DNA of 62,029 bases, counting the filler, from Globobulimina sp. (lineage: Eukaryota), in the NCBI GenBank assembly GCA_003354225.1. It is 14 parts of 14 records of this genome, joined end to end, with 100 filler letters (N's around TTAATTAATTAA, not from the genome) between each part and the next. Parts side by side here need not be neighbours in the genome. Positions count along the whole stretch, not along the records: positions 8,890 to 13,232 come from PIVH01001332.1; positions 13,333 to 17,673 come from PIVH01001333.1; positions 17,774 to 22,113 come from PIVH01001334.1; 11 more parts are not named here. The stretch is one strand, 5' to 3'. Positions within the stretch are counted from its first letter, which is position 1, and every line of letters begins with the position of its first letter. This document shows, in pieces, positions 11,973-22,213 of the stretch. The position numbers and the translations under genes are program-made. The notes under the pieces are model-generated. The model was not told where the DNA came from, made no database searches, and saw only the letters and a program-made list of their open reading frames with translations.

Positions 11973-12700
11973 CTAATCATCAATTTGAACGGCGATTGCT
12001 CGCGCAATTTCTGCAGGATATGCTTTTGCTTGTTTTGAATAAATATAAATCCGAATAAATCCAGAAACGATTATATCTCTATTTTCCACCAATACTCGAA
12101 ATGAGATATTTTCTCTCGCCATGGTTAAGTGCCTACAAACCGTGGCCCCCAACAACGATGCAACTCTTCCAACATATTGAAATCTAAAAGCAGCTCTATG
12201 TAACCTCACCATCTTCCGCAATTTGAGAAACACTTTACAAATTCCAAGTAATTGCGCCATTCTTTTTTGACAAATATGTTCTACAATTTTATTATTTTGC
12301 ACTTGAGAGAGAGGTTTTGCTGCATTCATCATAATTGTATCCAATACCGCAGCTTTAGAGGACTTAAAAAATATTTTGGTTAAACCCAATTCATAATCAT
12401 TTTCCTGTAAATCAAATGCTTTTAGTAACGTTGTACTGAATGCTTTTGGCTCCATATTTATCATTGCCGGATTGCTAATATTATCTCTATATTGATCATA
12501 TAATGTGGTGTATGGAACACGTGTCGGATATCCTAACTTCAATACTTTCAACGCTTCGGTTATTCCGTTACTTTTTAATTGTTGTTCAATTAATTGCCTA
12601 TCTCATATAGTCGGGTTTTATACATTTTATAAAGTGTGGTTCTGTGGCTTGCAAATTTTTCATTAATGTTTTGAATCCTTTACGAAATGCGCCAGTTTCC
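11973..12700 (-). pseudogene. Myosin motor-domain C-terminal fragment, frameshifted
   Basis: LMKNLQATEPHFIKCIKP (about 12666-12613), then a frameshift/deletion at about 12605, then DRQLIEQQLKSNGITEALKVLKLGYPTR..YELGLTKIFFK and an IQ-like neck. No ATP-binding N-terminal motor is present upstream on the contig. Confidence 0.8.
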
Positions 12701-12787
12701 GATACTCTTCTCTGTCTTTTACAGTTTCTTGTGTTTGTGTTGAATAATAAATTTTTAATTTAGTTTCATTGTTGAATTGATTATATA

Positions 12788-13012
12788 AGGGGTTGTTCTT
12801 ATATTGCGCAATATAAATTTGGACCTAGGACCTAGGTATATGGTTATTGCAATTTATTGCAATTTAGACCTGAGTTGTGGGCTTTTAACGCAAGCTTATT
12901 TAGGACAACAATATGGATCACAGACAAGTCTCGAGTTATTGCAATTTATTGCAATTAAGGATACCTAGGTCCTAGGTACAAATTTATATTGCGCAATATA
13001 AGAACAACCCCT
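12788..13012. mobile_element. MITE (~225 bp), probably TA-targeting (Tc1/mariner-type)
   Basis: 55-bp inverted repeat 12785-12839 / 12961-13015 with one mismatch. TA flanks at 12786-12787 and 13013-13014. Internal 22-bp direct repeat at 12843-12864 / 12935-12956. No transposase. Confidence 0.85.
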
Positions 13013-13373
13013 TATCAATCTAGCAATTAAGTTTTTTGGTTCTTCACTTGGATCTTGTTTGAAATTTTGTGAAATATGATTGGCTAATTTCTCATGAATT
13101 TCAGCTATACCATAACCTTGACTCGTATTACAAAAAAATATACAAAGATACAAAAAAATATTCTAAGATTGGTGGTGAAAGCGATTTGACATGAAATTCA
13201 ATATTCCAGCAGATATTCCAATTTTATTATTTNNNNNNNNNNNNNNNNNNNNNNNNNNNNNNNNNNNNNNNNNNNNTTAATTAATTAANNNNNNNNNNNN
13301 NNNNNNNNNNNNNNNNNNNNNNNNNNNNNNNNTATGAACCCCTTGTTCCAGCAGATGGGTAGCATAAGTGTGT

Positions 13374-13488
13374 CTTTTATGCCGAGCTCGGCATAAAAGG
13401 CATTATGCGGAGTACTTGATTATGCCGAGTGGTCTCTTGAAATGCAGAGCCCCTCTATTTGGCTGTAGTTTTAACTCGGCATAATCAA
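13374..13488. repeat. TTATGCCG-core recombination-site cluster (RIT end plus flanking palindrome)
   Basis: Perfect 26-bp palindrome CTTTTATGCCGAGCTCGGCATAAAAG at 13374-13399. TTATGCGG-9 bp-TTATGCCG at 13403-13427. 15-bp inverted repeat 13416-13430 / 13474-13488 overlapping the integrase stop codon. Confidence 0.8.
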
Positions 13489-13875
13489 AGGCTTTTCAGA
13501 AAGGCTAAAATATGTTCATCAGGTTGATATCGGCCTGATGAAACATCATAAGATGCTGTTTTGGCCAAAGCTTGTTCTTTCATCTTTAAATCAGCTTGTA
13601 GATATATTTGTGTTGTCTCGACTGATTCATGTCCAAGCCATAAAGCGATCACAGATCGATCCACTCCATTTTGGAGTAATTCCATTGCAGCAGTATGCCT
13701 TAGTACATGTGGTGAGATGTGTTTCTTTTTTAATGACGAACATTGTTGACTAGCTGATACGACGTGCTTAGCTAATAAATATTCGACTCCATCACGACTC
13801 AAAGTATTCCCTTTTGCATTTGGAAAAAGAGGCATATTATCTGAATTTTGCAGTTCGCATAACCATCGTTTCACT
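13485..13875 (-). mobile_element. Bacterial tyrosine recombinase C-terminal fragment, RIT-element third-recombinase (RitC) type
   Basis: SPHVLRHTAAMELLQNGVD..IALWLGHESVETTQIY carries the HxxR, H and catalytic Y residues. The tail ADLKMKEQAL..RYQPDEHILAFLKSL is RitC-like. The N-terminal half is missing. Confidence 0.85.
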
Positions 13876-14016
13876 TCTTTTGAATGTCCTTTTACGACTA
13901 ATGCATCTCCATCGTATAGAGGGTGTCTGGACTCATCATAGTAGTAAGGGTGTCTGCAACCCATTTTGAAGTTTAATATTTTACAAATTAAAACAAACAA
14001 CATAAATTTACAAGTC

Positions 14017-15060
14017 CTACAACACAACACAACAAGATCTCCCTTGTTTTGGTGGCTCATCAGCATTTTTTTCTATATCAATATTTTTTTCCTCAGTTCC
14101 ATTCTTATTGCCACTATTTTTATTCTGACTTTTAAGCAACTTTAATTCAGCACCAGTTCTAAACACATTCCTCACATTATCGCCAGTTTTTGCACTACAT
14201 TGACAATACACAGTAGTGAATGCTTCCCAATTATCTTGATTCATAATTTCTTTTCCTTCATCAAGATTATTTTTCAACAAATCGCCTTTGCATGACACAA
14301 ATATCACTACTACATCATCCACACAATACTCTTCAATCTCACCTTTCCATTTGTAAAAATTGTTAAATTTCTTGTCATCATTAACATCATAACAAAGTAA
14401 AATAACATCTGCTTTTCGATAATAAGATTTGCAAAGTGAATGAAACCTTTCTTGACCGGCCGTGTCCCAGATTGTGATTTTTGTGACGGTGTCATTGCTG
14501 AAGGTCTCATAATGACACTTTGGAGCTGTACCAATTGTGGATTTAACATATATATCAAACCTATCGTCGACATACCTGTTTATTAAACTTGTTTTGCCAG
14601 CACGCTCATCACCAACTAATATAATGGTTACTTCATTATCATGTTTAATATTAACTTTTGACTTTGGAGTTATTATCCGCATTAAATTTCGGAACTTCAC
14701 TTTCTGCAACAAACTAAAATCCAACGCAGAACAAAACTCATCAATTTCACTCTGTTTTAAATCATTTTGTAACGTTCCCAAATCAACATTATTATTTGTC
14801 AATATTGCATATAACTTATTGTATAAATTATTTTGTAGTAAAACCTCAGCCAACGGATCCATTTTAAGCACAGATCTATGAATGATGTTATAATATTGCA
14901 ATGTTTTATCATTTTGCAATACTTTGCAGTTAAATATAATATTTTGGTCTTGAACAGAAATAGCCCACTGAGAATTGATCATTTGTTTTACTTTTTCTAC
15001 GGTAAAACTTGGACCAACATCCAATGAAATAGTTTGATTTTGATAATTAGCGCTAACCAT
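14017..15060 (-). CDS. Ubiquitin-like + SAM-like + Rab-family GTPase fusion with CaaX (5' end uncertain)
   Basis: UBL: TISLDVGPSFTVEKVK..QNIIFNCKVLQNDKTLQYYNI. SAM-like helical region. GTPase motifs GDERAGKT, STIG, IWDTAGQERFHSL, YYRKA, CKGD, CSAK. C-terminal CCVVL. Confidence 0.88.
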   Translation of the reverse strand: MVSANYQNQTISLDVGPSFTVEKVKQMINSQWAISVQDQNIIFNCKVLQNDKTLQYYNIIHRSVLKMDPLAEVLLQNNLYNKLYAILTNNNVDLGTLQNDLKQSEIDEFCSALDFSLLQKVKFRNLMRIITPKSKVNIKHDNEVTIILVGDERAGKTSLINRYVDDRFDIYVKSTIGTAPKCHYETFSNDTVTKITIWDTAGQERFHSLCKSYYRKADVILLCYDVNDDKKFNNFYKWKGEIEEYCVDDVVVIFVSCKGDLLKNNLDEGKEIMNQDNWEAFTTVYCQCSAKTGDNVRNVFRTGAELKLLKSQNKNSGNKNGTEEKNIDIEKNADEPPKQGRSCCVVL

Positions 15061-15428
15061 TTCAATGCATCTGTATATACAGTATAATTTTCCATGTTGT
15101 GTAAATTGTGTGAGACTACACTTGGTTGGACAGACATGGTGATAATAGTTTCATCAATCTCTTCGACCAACACTGTATGTTCTTTTACTTCATCATCTGT
15201 AGGATTGTGTATTAGTGGTTCTGTTATAAGTGACATGGAGTTAATTAAATGGATTTTTTTACTTCAGTATTGTTTTTTTAGCTTAACTAAATCTTTATGC
15301 CCTGCTTAATTTAAAACCAAGATATCGGAAAAAACAAAATATAAAAAAACACAACAAAATATAAAAAAAATAACAAAATGTAAGACTCACACGGACAATC
15401 ACAATTTTACACTATGTTATACGTACAA

Positions 15429-17327
15429 TCACAATTTGAATGAATGAGGATATCTGGATAAATCGTCTAAATCTTCAAGTATGACGAGACCCATATCATC
15501 GTCCTCATCCTCATCCTCATCCTCGTCAGTAACATTGTGATCGTGATTTGGATGATTGTGGATATTTATACTTAATGGCGAGAGAGAGTGTCTTCCTATT
15601 TTTGCATTCATATTCACATTCAAAGTCGGAGACGATGCAAAACCACTCACTTGTAATCGTAAAGGGATTGCTGAAGCAGATACAACATGTCTACCTCCAG
15701 CAGCTGATTCCGGTGTTTTTTGCAATTGAGGCATACTTCGATCAATTTGCAGCTCATCAATTCGATTCAATGAGAAACTATTTATTAACAACGTAAGGCG
15801 TTTTTGTATCTTATTATTATTATTATTATTGCGTGAAATCGGTGTTATATTTGTATTGCTTTTATCATTAAATACCATTTCAAATTTTTTATATTCTTTA
15901 GTTTTTCGAAATCTTCGTAAGGAATCATTTAATAATCGTATTGTTTCATCGATTACGGAGAATAATATTGGAAACACTTTGAATTTTATTAGGTCGATAT
16001 CATTTGAATTCGTTTTCAATTCTTTGCAAATTAAAAAAATAAAACTATTTCGTAATTCGAAAGATAAATTTAATTCATATTCACCAATAATATATTTTTC
16101 ATATATTAATGACAATCTTTTTCGCCAATTTGTGGCATTTATAGCTAAATTTATTTGTGATGTTGGAACGTTATTTGCTAAAATAATATGATTTAATGTC
16201 GAGGCAGAATCTGGAATATCAAAATATTTTTCCATTATTTGTATAAATTGAAAAAGTTCAATAAACGCTAATAAATTTTCAATCGCATATTCATGTTTTA
16301 AATGCACCATAAAAGCATTAATTCCTTGGGAATGACTTAGCAATGCTAATAATGACTGATTTGGTGTGTACCGAAAATGATGATTGGTTGAAATTGATGA
16401 ACGATTAGTACTTATACTAAATCTATATTTTAAGTGAGTTAAGTCGCATTCGCATTGTTCTCCATTATATACTACATATTTCAATACTAAATATAAAGAA
16501 GACACAGGAATACCAATTGTAAGTATGTAAAATGAAGTTGTAAGCACAAATTCAATGTATATTTCAAAACGGGTTTTAGAATAATATATAAGTAAACTGC
16601 CGCAAACTATGGAAAGAATTATGGTAAATGTTGACAAAAATATCCATGATTTTGCCTCATATCGAACATAAAATATGTCGGATAATGTTGGTGTTTTAAA
16701 AAATAGTATTAATAATGTAATAAATGGCGGGATATTGCACATAAAAAGTAGTATATGGCATGTATAGATTCCCCATTTTATTTTGATTGTTATTGCATAT
16801 AAAATGTACAATAGTACTAATAATGCAATTAATCGTTTTAATAAATATGTGTCATTTCCAAATGTTTTTTTCCGTTTCAAAAAAAATGATATTTCATGGT
16901 TTACATTTAAAATATGAGCCCAGTCTTTATGTTGATTGGCATGTAACCAACGTATATCAAAATATAATAACCAAATCCGAACAATTCCAGCATATGAAAA
17001 TGTCAAAATTGATATATTAAAAAGTAACGTGATATACGGGAAATAACCAGAATACGCGATATGATTTTCACCGAATAAATGTATTGAACCTTCCATATAA
17101 CGAAGTGGAATTACAATGCAGTTAAACCATAAACAAATTAATGCCATAATTCCGGTGTATAATGGATGTCTGGAACGAATACCGGGATGGAATCTATTTT
17201 GGTAGAATTTGTAGGTATAATAAAGTAGAATCGGTGTGAATAAAAACCATGACAACAATATCATCAACCACGATAATCTACACACCCATATCGGAGATAT
17301 TTCGGTGTCATGACATACTGCAAACAT
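15429..17327 (-). CDS. 7TM-RGS (membrane-anchored regulator of G-protein signalling)
   Basis: About 7 hydrophobic helices in the first ~285 aa, then an RGS box (FMVHLKHEYAIENLLAFIE, IYEKYI..ELNLS, LLNDSLRRF). Confidence 0.85.
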   Translation of the reverse strand: MFAVCHDTEISPIWVCRLSWLMILLSWFLFTPILLYYTYKFYQNRFHPGIRSRHPLYTGIMALICLWFNCIVIPLRYMEGSIHLFGENHIAYSGYFPYITLLFNISILTFSYAGIVRIWLLYFDIRWLHANQHKDWAHILNVNHEISFFLKRKKTFGNDTYLLKRLIALLVLLYILYAITIKIKWGIYTCHILLFMCNIPPFITLLILFFKTPTLSDIFYVRYEAKSWIFLSTFTIILSIVCGSLLIYYSKTRFEIYIEFVLTTSFYILTIGIPVSSLYLVLKYVVYNGEQCECDLTHLKYRFSISTNRSSISTNHHFRYTPNQSLLALLSHSQGINAFMVHLKHEYAIENLLAFIELFQFIQIMEKYFDIPDSASTLNHIILANNVPTSQINLAINATNWRKRLSLIYEKYIIGEYELNLSFELRNSFIFLICKELKTNSNDIDLIKFKVFPILFSVIDETIRLLNDSLRRFRKTKEYKKFEMVFNDKSNTNITPISRNNNNNNKIQKRLTLLINSFSLNRIDELQIDRSMPQLQKTPESAAGGRHVVSASAIPLRLQVSGFASSPTLNVNMNAKIGRHSLSPLSINIHNHPNHDHNVTDEDEDEDEDDDMGLVILEDLDDLSRYPHSFKL

Positions 17328-17775
17328 AGATGCTATATAATATGTTGAATTTATTGAAAAAATCGATCATAATAATTATTGACAAGCATAATATGGATTA
17401 CGTAATAAAATAGTATCCTAACTGGATGTTTTTTGTAGTATTAGTATAAAAACAGAAAATCTTCCAAAAATGAGCAGCTCGTGGATACCAAACAAAGCTG
17501 AAATAGCTACCATTACCATCTTATTAACTGCCCTCGTTGTAATACATTATATTTACGGGATACGATTTAGATTGAGTAAAATATCCCAAACCTAACAAGA
17601 ATTAGGAATAAATGTGCCTCTCTTAACAGCATTATCCACCCCCCCCCCATCCACCACCAAAAAATTATTCCAANNNNNNNNNNNNNNNNNNNNNNNNNNN
17701 NNNNNNNNNNNNNNNNNTTAATTAATTAANNNNNNNNNNNNNNNNNNNNNNNNNNNNNNNNNNNNNNNNNNNNTT

Positions 17776-20700
17776 GATAAACAGATTGAAAATCTGGATA
17801 TTAGCATCGAAGGAAACAAAGTCAAAAAAAGGAAATTATTAATGTCAAAAATCTATATTTTGTCACTGAAAATATACAGCAATGATATGGGCCAAGCCTT
17901 CATTGTTAACAATTATTACAGGCCTCAGAATGGTACACCTGGCTCTGTTATGGAATTACTTTTACGGTATTTGGAATTATTAACAAACACAAAGAACTAT
18001 GCATCATTTCCCATTTTTGTTGGAGGTGATATGAACGCCCATAATAATGCGTGGTTTGACGGACAAATCAGATCCTCGGAGGCGAAAAAACATGGTGTAA
18101 CGTTAGCAGATTGGATATATGACAATAAATGGATTATTTTGAATGATAAATCGCCAACGAGACAGCGTAAAACACAGAGAACGTCGCCGGATGTCTCTTT
18201 TATAAATGATAAATCAAAAGAAGATGACTGTGAATTTTGGATCGAAGACTTTTCGAGTGATGACCGGGACAAATATTACTCAGATCACTTAGTTCTGTTT
18301 TCCTTCCATAAAAAAGGAGATTTATACGAAAAACCTGCCCCGGAGTACGCGATTAGAACCGGAACGGATAGAGATTGGGAGAAATGGAAGCTTGAGTTAG
18401 CTGAAAATGTTGATGAATGGAATGATATTTATGGCAAAGATATAAATAAATTAATAAATTGTTACCTAGAAACGTATGGAAATGGAAACTGTGACATCAA
18501 CAGAAAATACTTATTAGATTTTGTTGGTTTGTCACAAAACGATATTTTGGACGCAGTGGCAGACTTTTTTAAGCACAGAATTGTCGACACATCGATTGAC
18601 ATTTTGGGGCTGAGAAGGAAGTCAATTGGCAATGACAAGCCATGGCTCACAAAGACAATGAAGAATGCGATTAGTGATCATATTTGTTATAAAGAGCGAT
18701 TTAAGCAATTTAGTAAACGAAAGAAGAAAAAAATGAAACATGTTTTGATTGAGAAGAAAAGGATTAGTGATGATTTATGTGATTCGGGGAGAAAGTCATG
18801 GATAAAAGACGAGATACGCAATATTAGCAACAATGGCATGATGCCATGGTCGCAGATAAATAATATCATTAAATATGACAACAGTTCATCCAAATCCATC
18901 CCAGTTTGGTACAATAAGGATGGTACTATAAACGCAGCAAAGTCGATCGATAAAGCAAATAATTATATGGCTTATTTGCATAGATTTGATGACGATGAAA
19001 TTGAGAATGAGAGTGAAGAAAATGTCACAAATGAGACGTTTGAGAGAATCATCGATGAATACAACGTGAAGAATAAAGCAAAATTTGGCACAGATCAACA
19101 TATTGCCGAATTAAGACAAGTTAACTCAATCTTAGATATTGCTGCCGTTGAGCCTCTTATTATGTCGTTCAAGAAAGGCAAAGCGTGCAACAGTGACAAA
19201 TCAAATTATGTATTATTACAAAATGGGATTGAAATTCTGAAACATGGACTTTATCTCTGTTACAACGCATTATTTATCCTTGGAATTAGAGAGAAATCAA
19301 TGAATATTAGAGATGTGACAGTTATTTTAAAATCAAACAAACCGGCAAAATATATGGATAGTTATAGACCGGTATCGCTATTATCGAGTTGTAGCAATCC
19401 CTACGACAAATGGATGGCCTCCAAATACTTAAATTATGCCATAAAAATGAAGATAATCAAACCCAGACACTTTGGATTCGTCAAAGGCTTAGGCTGTACT
19501 GACTGCATTGCCTACCTTGTCGAGTTAATTTGGAACAATAGGATGAAAAACAAAGTCACTCATTTGCTGTTTATCGATTTTAAAGCTGCGTTTGACACAT
19601 TGCAGCACAAAGTTATTATTGAATGTTTACATATTAATATCGGTATTAACGGATTTGCATTGGATTATTTATACGTAGCGTTGGAATATAGATGGGGCAG
19701 AGTCAAAATCTATGGGTTTTATTGTCATTGGAGGCAGGATATTTGTGGTGTGCCACAGGGCTGGCCCCCCTCACCCATAATATTCATATTTATTACAATA
19801 GAATTCGATGCGATAAATGGCCTGAAGATAGGCATAATAATTATTGGCTACGCCGACGATAATACGATGGCGTCAGATGGCACAGTGTTTGGCGATGAGT
19901 TGAAAAAGAACCTGCAATTTGCCATTGATTATGTTTATTATTTAGCGAAGAAAAAACGATTGTTTCTGCAACCAATAAAACAGAATTATATGGTTATTGC
20001 AGTAACAACAAATAATGTCTTACACAAAAACCTATATTTTGATATAAAAATGGGCGACCAACTCATTACGAAGATATTTGATAAAGTGCGATATTTGGGA
20101 GTATGGATTGACTGGAATTTAAACTGGAATGCCCAGTTTCAGTCAGTTATCGTCAACGGAAGAAGGTCATTCCTGAATATATATAGACGATATAAATATG
20201 CATCAGATCTTATTGCAAGGTACTTAGTGAATATATACAAAGCGCTAATTTACCCAAAATTATTGTATGCGGCTGAAATTTGGTATAATTCAAAGCATTG
20301 TCATGCAAATAGATTAAAATCGCTCTATAACGATACAATTAGACATTCAAATTATTCCGAACGAACAAACCCTATCAAATGGCAATTAGTACAAATAGGG
20401 GAGACAGGTTTTGATGACTTAATTGCATCAAAAAAATCGTCCTTTTGGTCGCGACTAATTAGGTCGCCAAAGACGAACATTTTAAGTGAAATTGTCGAGA
20501 AAAGATATTGGAGATTGTGGAATAACGAGAGATTGGATTTAAACAATAATTTTAAACAGAAACGAACAAAGAAATCAAATCATAAAATTAACACATTCGA
20601 CTCGGATAAGATAGAAATAAGCAATAAAATGTACAGAAACGATTTGGATGAAAATTGGAAGTTTGTCGCCAATAAGAATGATGATGAAGTATTTGTGGAT

Positions 20701-22113
20701 AAGAAATGGGCGAAATCGGCAAAAAAGAATAAGTTTAGAAAGAAATTTGATAAGCGATATCATATATTTTTTGAATTATTTGATGCCGCCGTAAATATCA
20801 AAAGCTCTGACATAAATTACATGAAAAATGTCAGTTTTGATGTGGTCCCAAAGAGAGTATCATATCATTTGAAGACATTGGAATTACCGAAGAATTTATT
20901 ATGTTACATTAAGAACGAGAGAGGAGAAAAAATATCGTTTGATAAGAATTGGGCGAAGGAATGGTCTGAGAATTTATTTTATTATGATGAGAATCCATTA
21001 GATCTAAGACAGGCAAATAAGAAAAAAATTCAATTATTATTCTCCGACGGATCAAATAAGGATGGATTTGGTGGTGCGGGTTATTGGTCGTGTAATTTGG
21101 ATTATTATTTGAAGACAGCAGACTTAGAAACGCTACGACAAAGAAACTATAAACAATTAGAAGGTCCGTATGATAACGGATACAGTAATTATTATTATGG
21201 CGCTTCCTCAACGGGTCTGAGAAGCTCCATTGATCACTGTGAATTGGATGCGGCTGCGAAAGGATTAAGTGCGTTATATCGATATTGTTTTGAGATCTAT
21301 GAAAGAGACACAGAATTAGTGCCGGATGATGTTTGTGTTATTATTGACAATGAAACTGTGGTGAATTGGATTGCGGGGCGTTATGAAATAAAAAATGTGA
21401 TAATTTACGACAAAATCAAGGCTATACACCAATTGATCATTGATTTAGAGGATTTTGGATTAGATGTACATCTAATTTGGGTCAAAGCACACAACAACGA
21501 AGTAGGTAATGAGATTGCCGACGATATGGCAAAAGCAGGCATGTTCGACATTTATCGGACAACAAAATGGAATGAGATTGAGAAACGTTTTACGAATCAC
21601 GAATGGGACAATTATAGTTATTCAGCAGTAAAAAAGGAGAATAAACGAAAAGGATTTTATGAGACATTGAATCATTGGGATCATTACAAGAAAATGAGAA
21701 TTAATAAGAAAAAGAATGATGATTTGATTTTGAGCAAGAATTTGATTGAGTGGAATGTGCGGTATATTGATGCGTATAAATATGAGATGAAAAATTTAGT
21801 GAGGAGGCAATGGAAATATGTTTCGCAGCTTCGTTCAGGTCATACGGCTCTGAACGGCCAAAAAAAATACGGGTATTTAACTAGAAGTTGTGTGCATTGC
21901 AAAGATAAGAAACATTTGGAAATAGTCGAAGATATACAACACTTTGTATGCAGTTGTGAGGAATATGCCGTACAGAGACAAGAACTGAAATTAAAAGCCG
22001 TTGAAATTGATGAGAAATATCAACAACTTATTTTGGCGAATAAAAAGGAATTATTGTACAATTTATTATTCCCATATCAGGAAGAATTGATGGATAAGAA
22101 CATAAATAGAGAC
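17776..22113 (+). mobile_element. Non-LTR retrotransposon ORF2 (APE-RT-RNase H-CCHC), open across the whole contig
   Basis: APE motifs GGDMNAH, SPDVSF, SDH. RT motifs YRPVSLLS, DFKAAFD, GVPQG, YADD, YLGV. RNase H motifs FSDGS, CELDA, IDN, WVKAH..GNEIADDMAK. Knuckle CVHC..EDIQHFVCSC. Confidence 0.95.
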
Positions 22114-22213
22114 NNNNNNNNNNNNNNNNNNNNNNNNNNNNNNNNNNNNNNNNNNNNTTAATTAATTAANNNNNNNNNNNNNNNNNNNNNNNNNNNNNNN
22201 NNNNNNNNNNNNN

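Noticed and set aside
13876..14066. 193-aa ORF as a full-length integrase
   Set aside because: Its N-terminal ~60 aa overlap the Rab 3' end and show no integrase similarity. Only the C-terminal ~130 aa are homologous.
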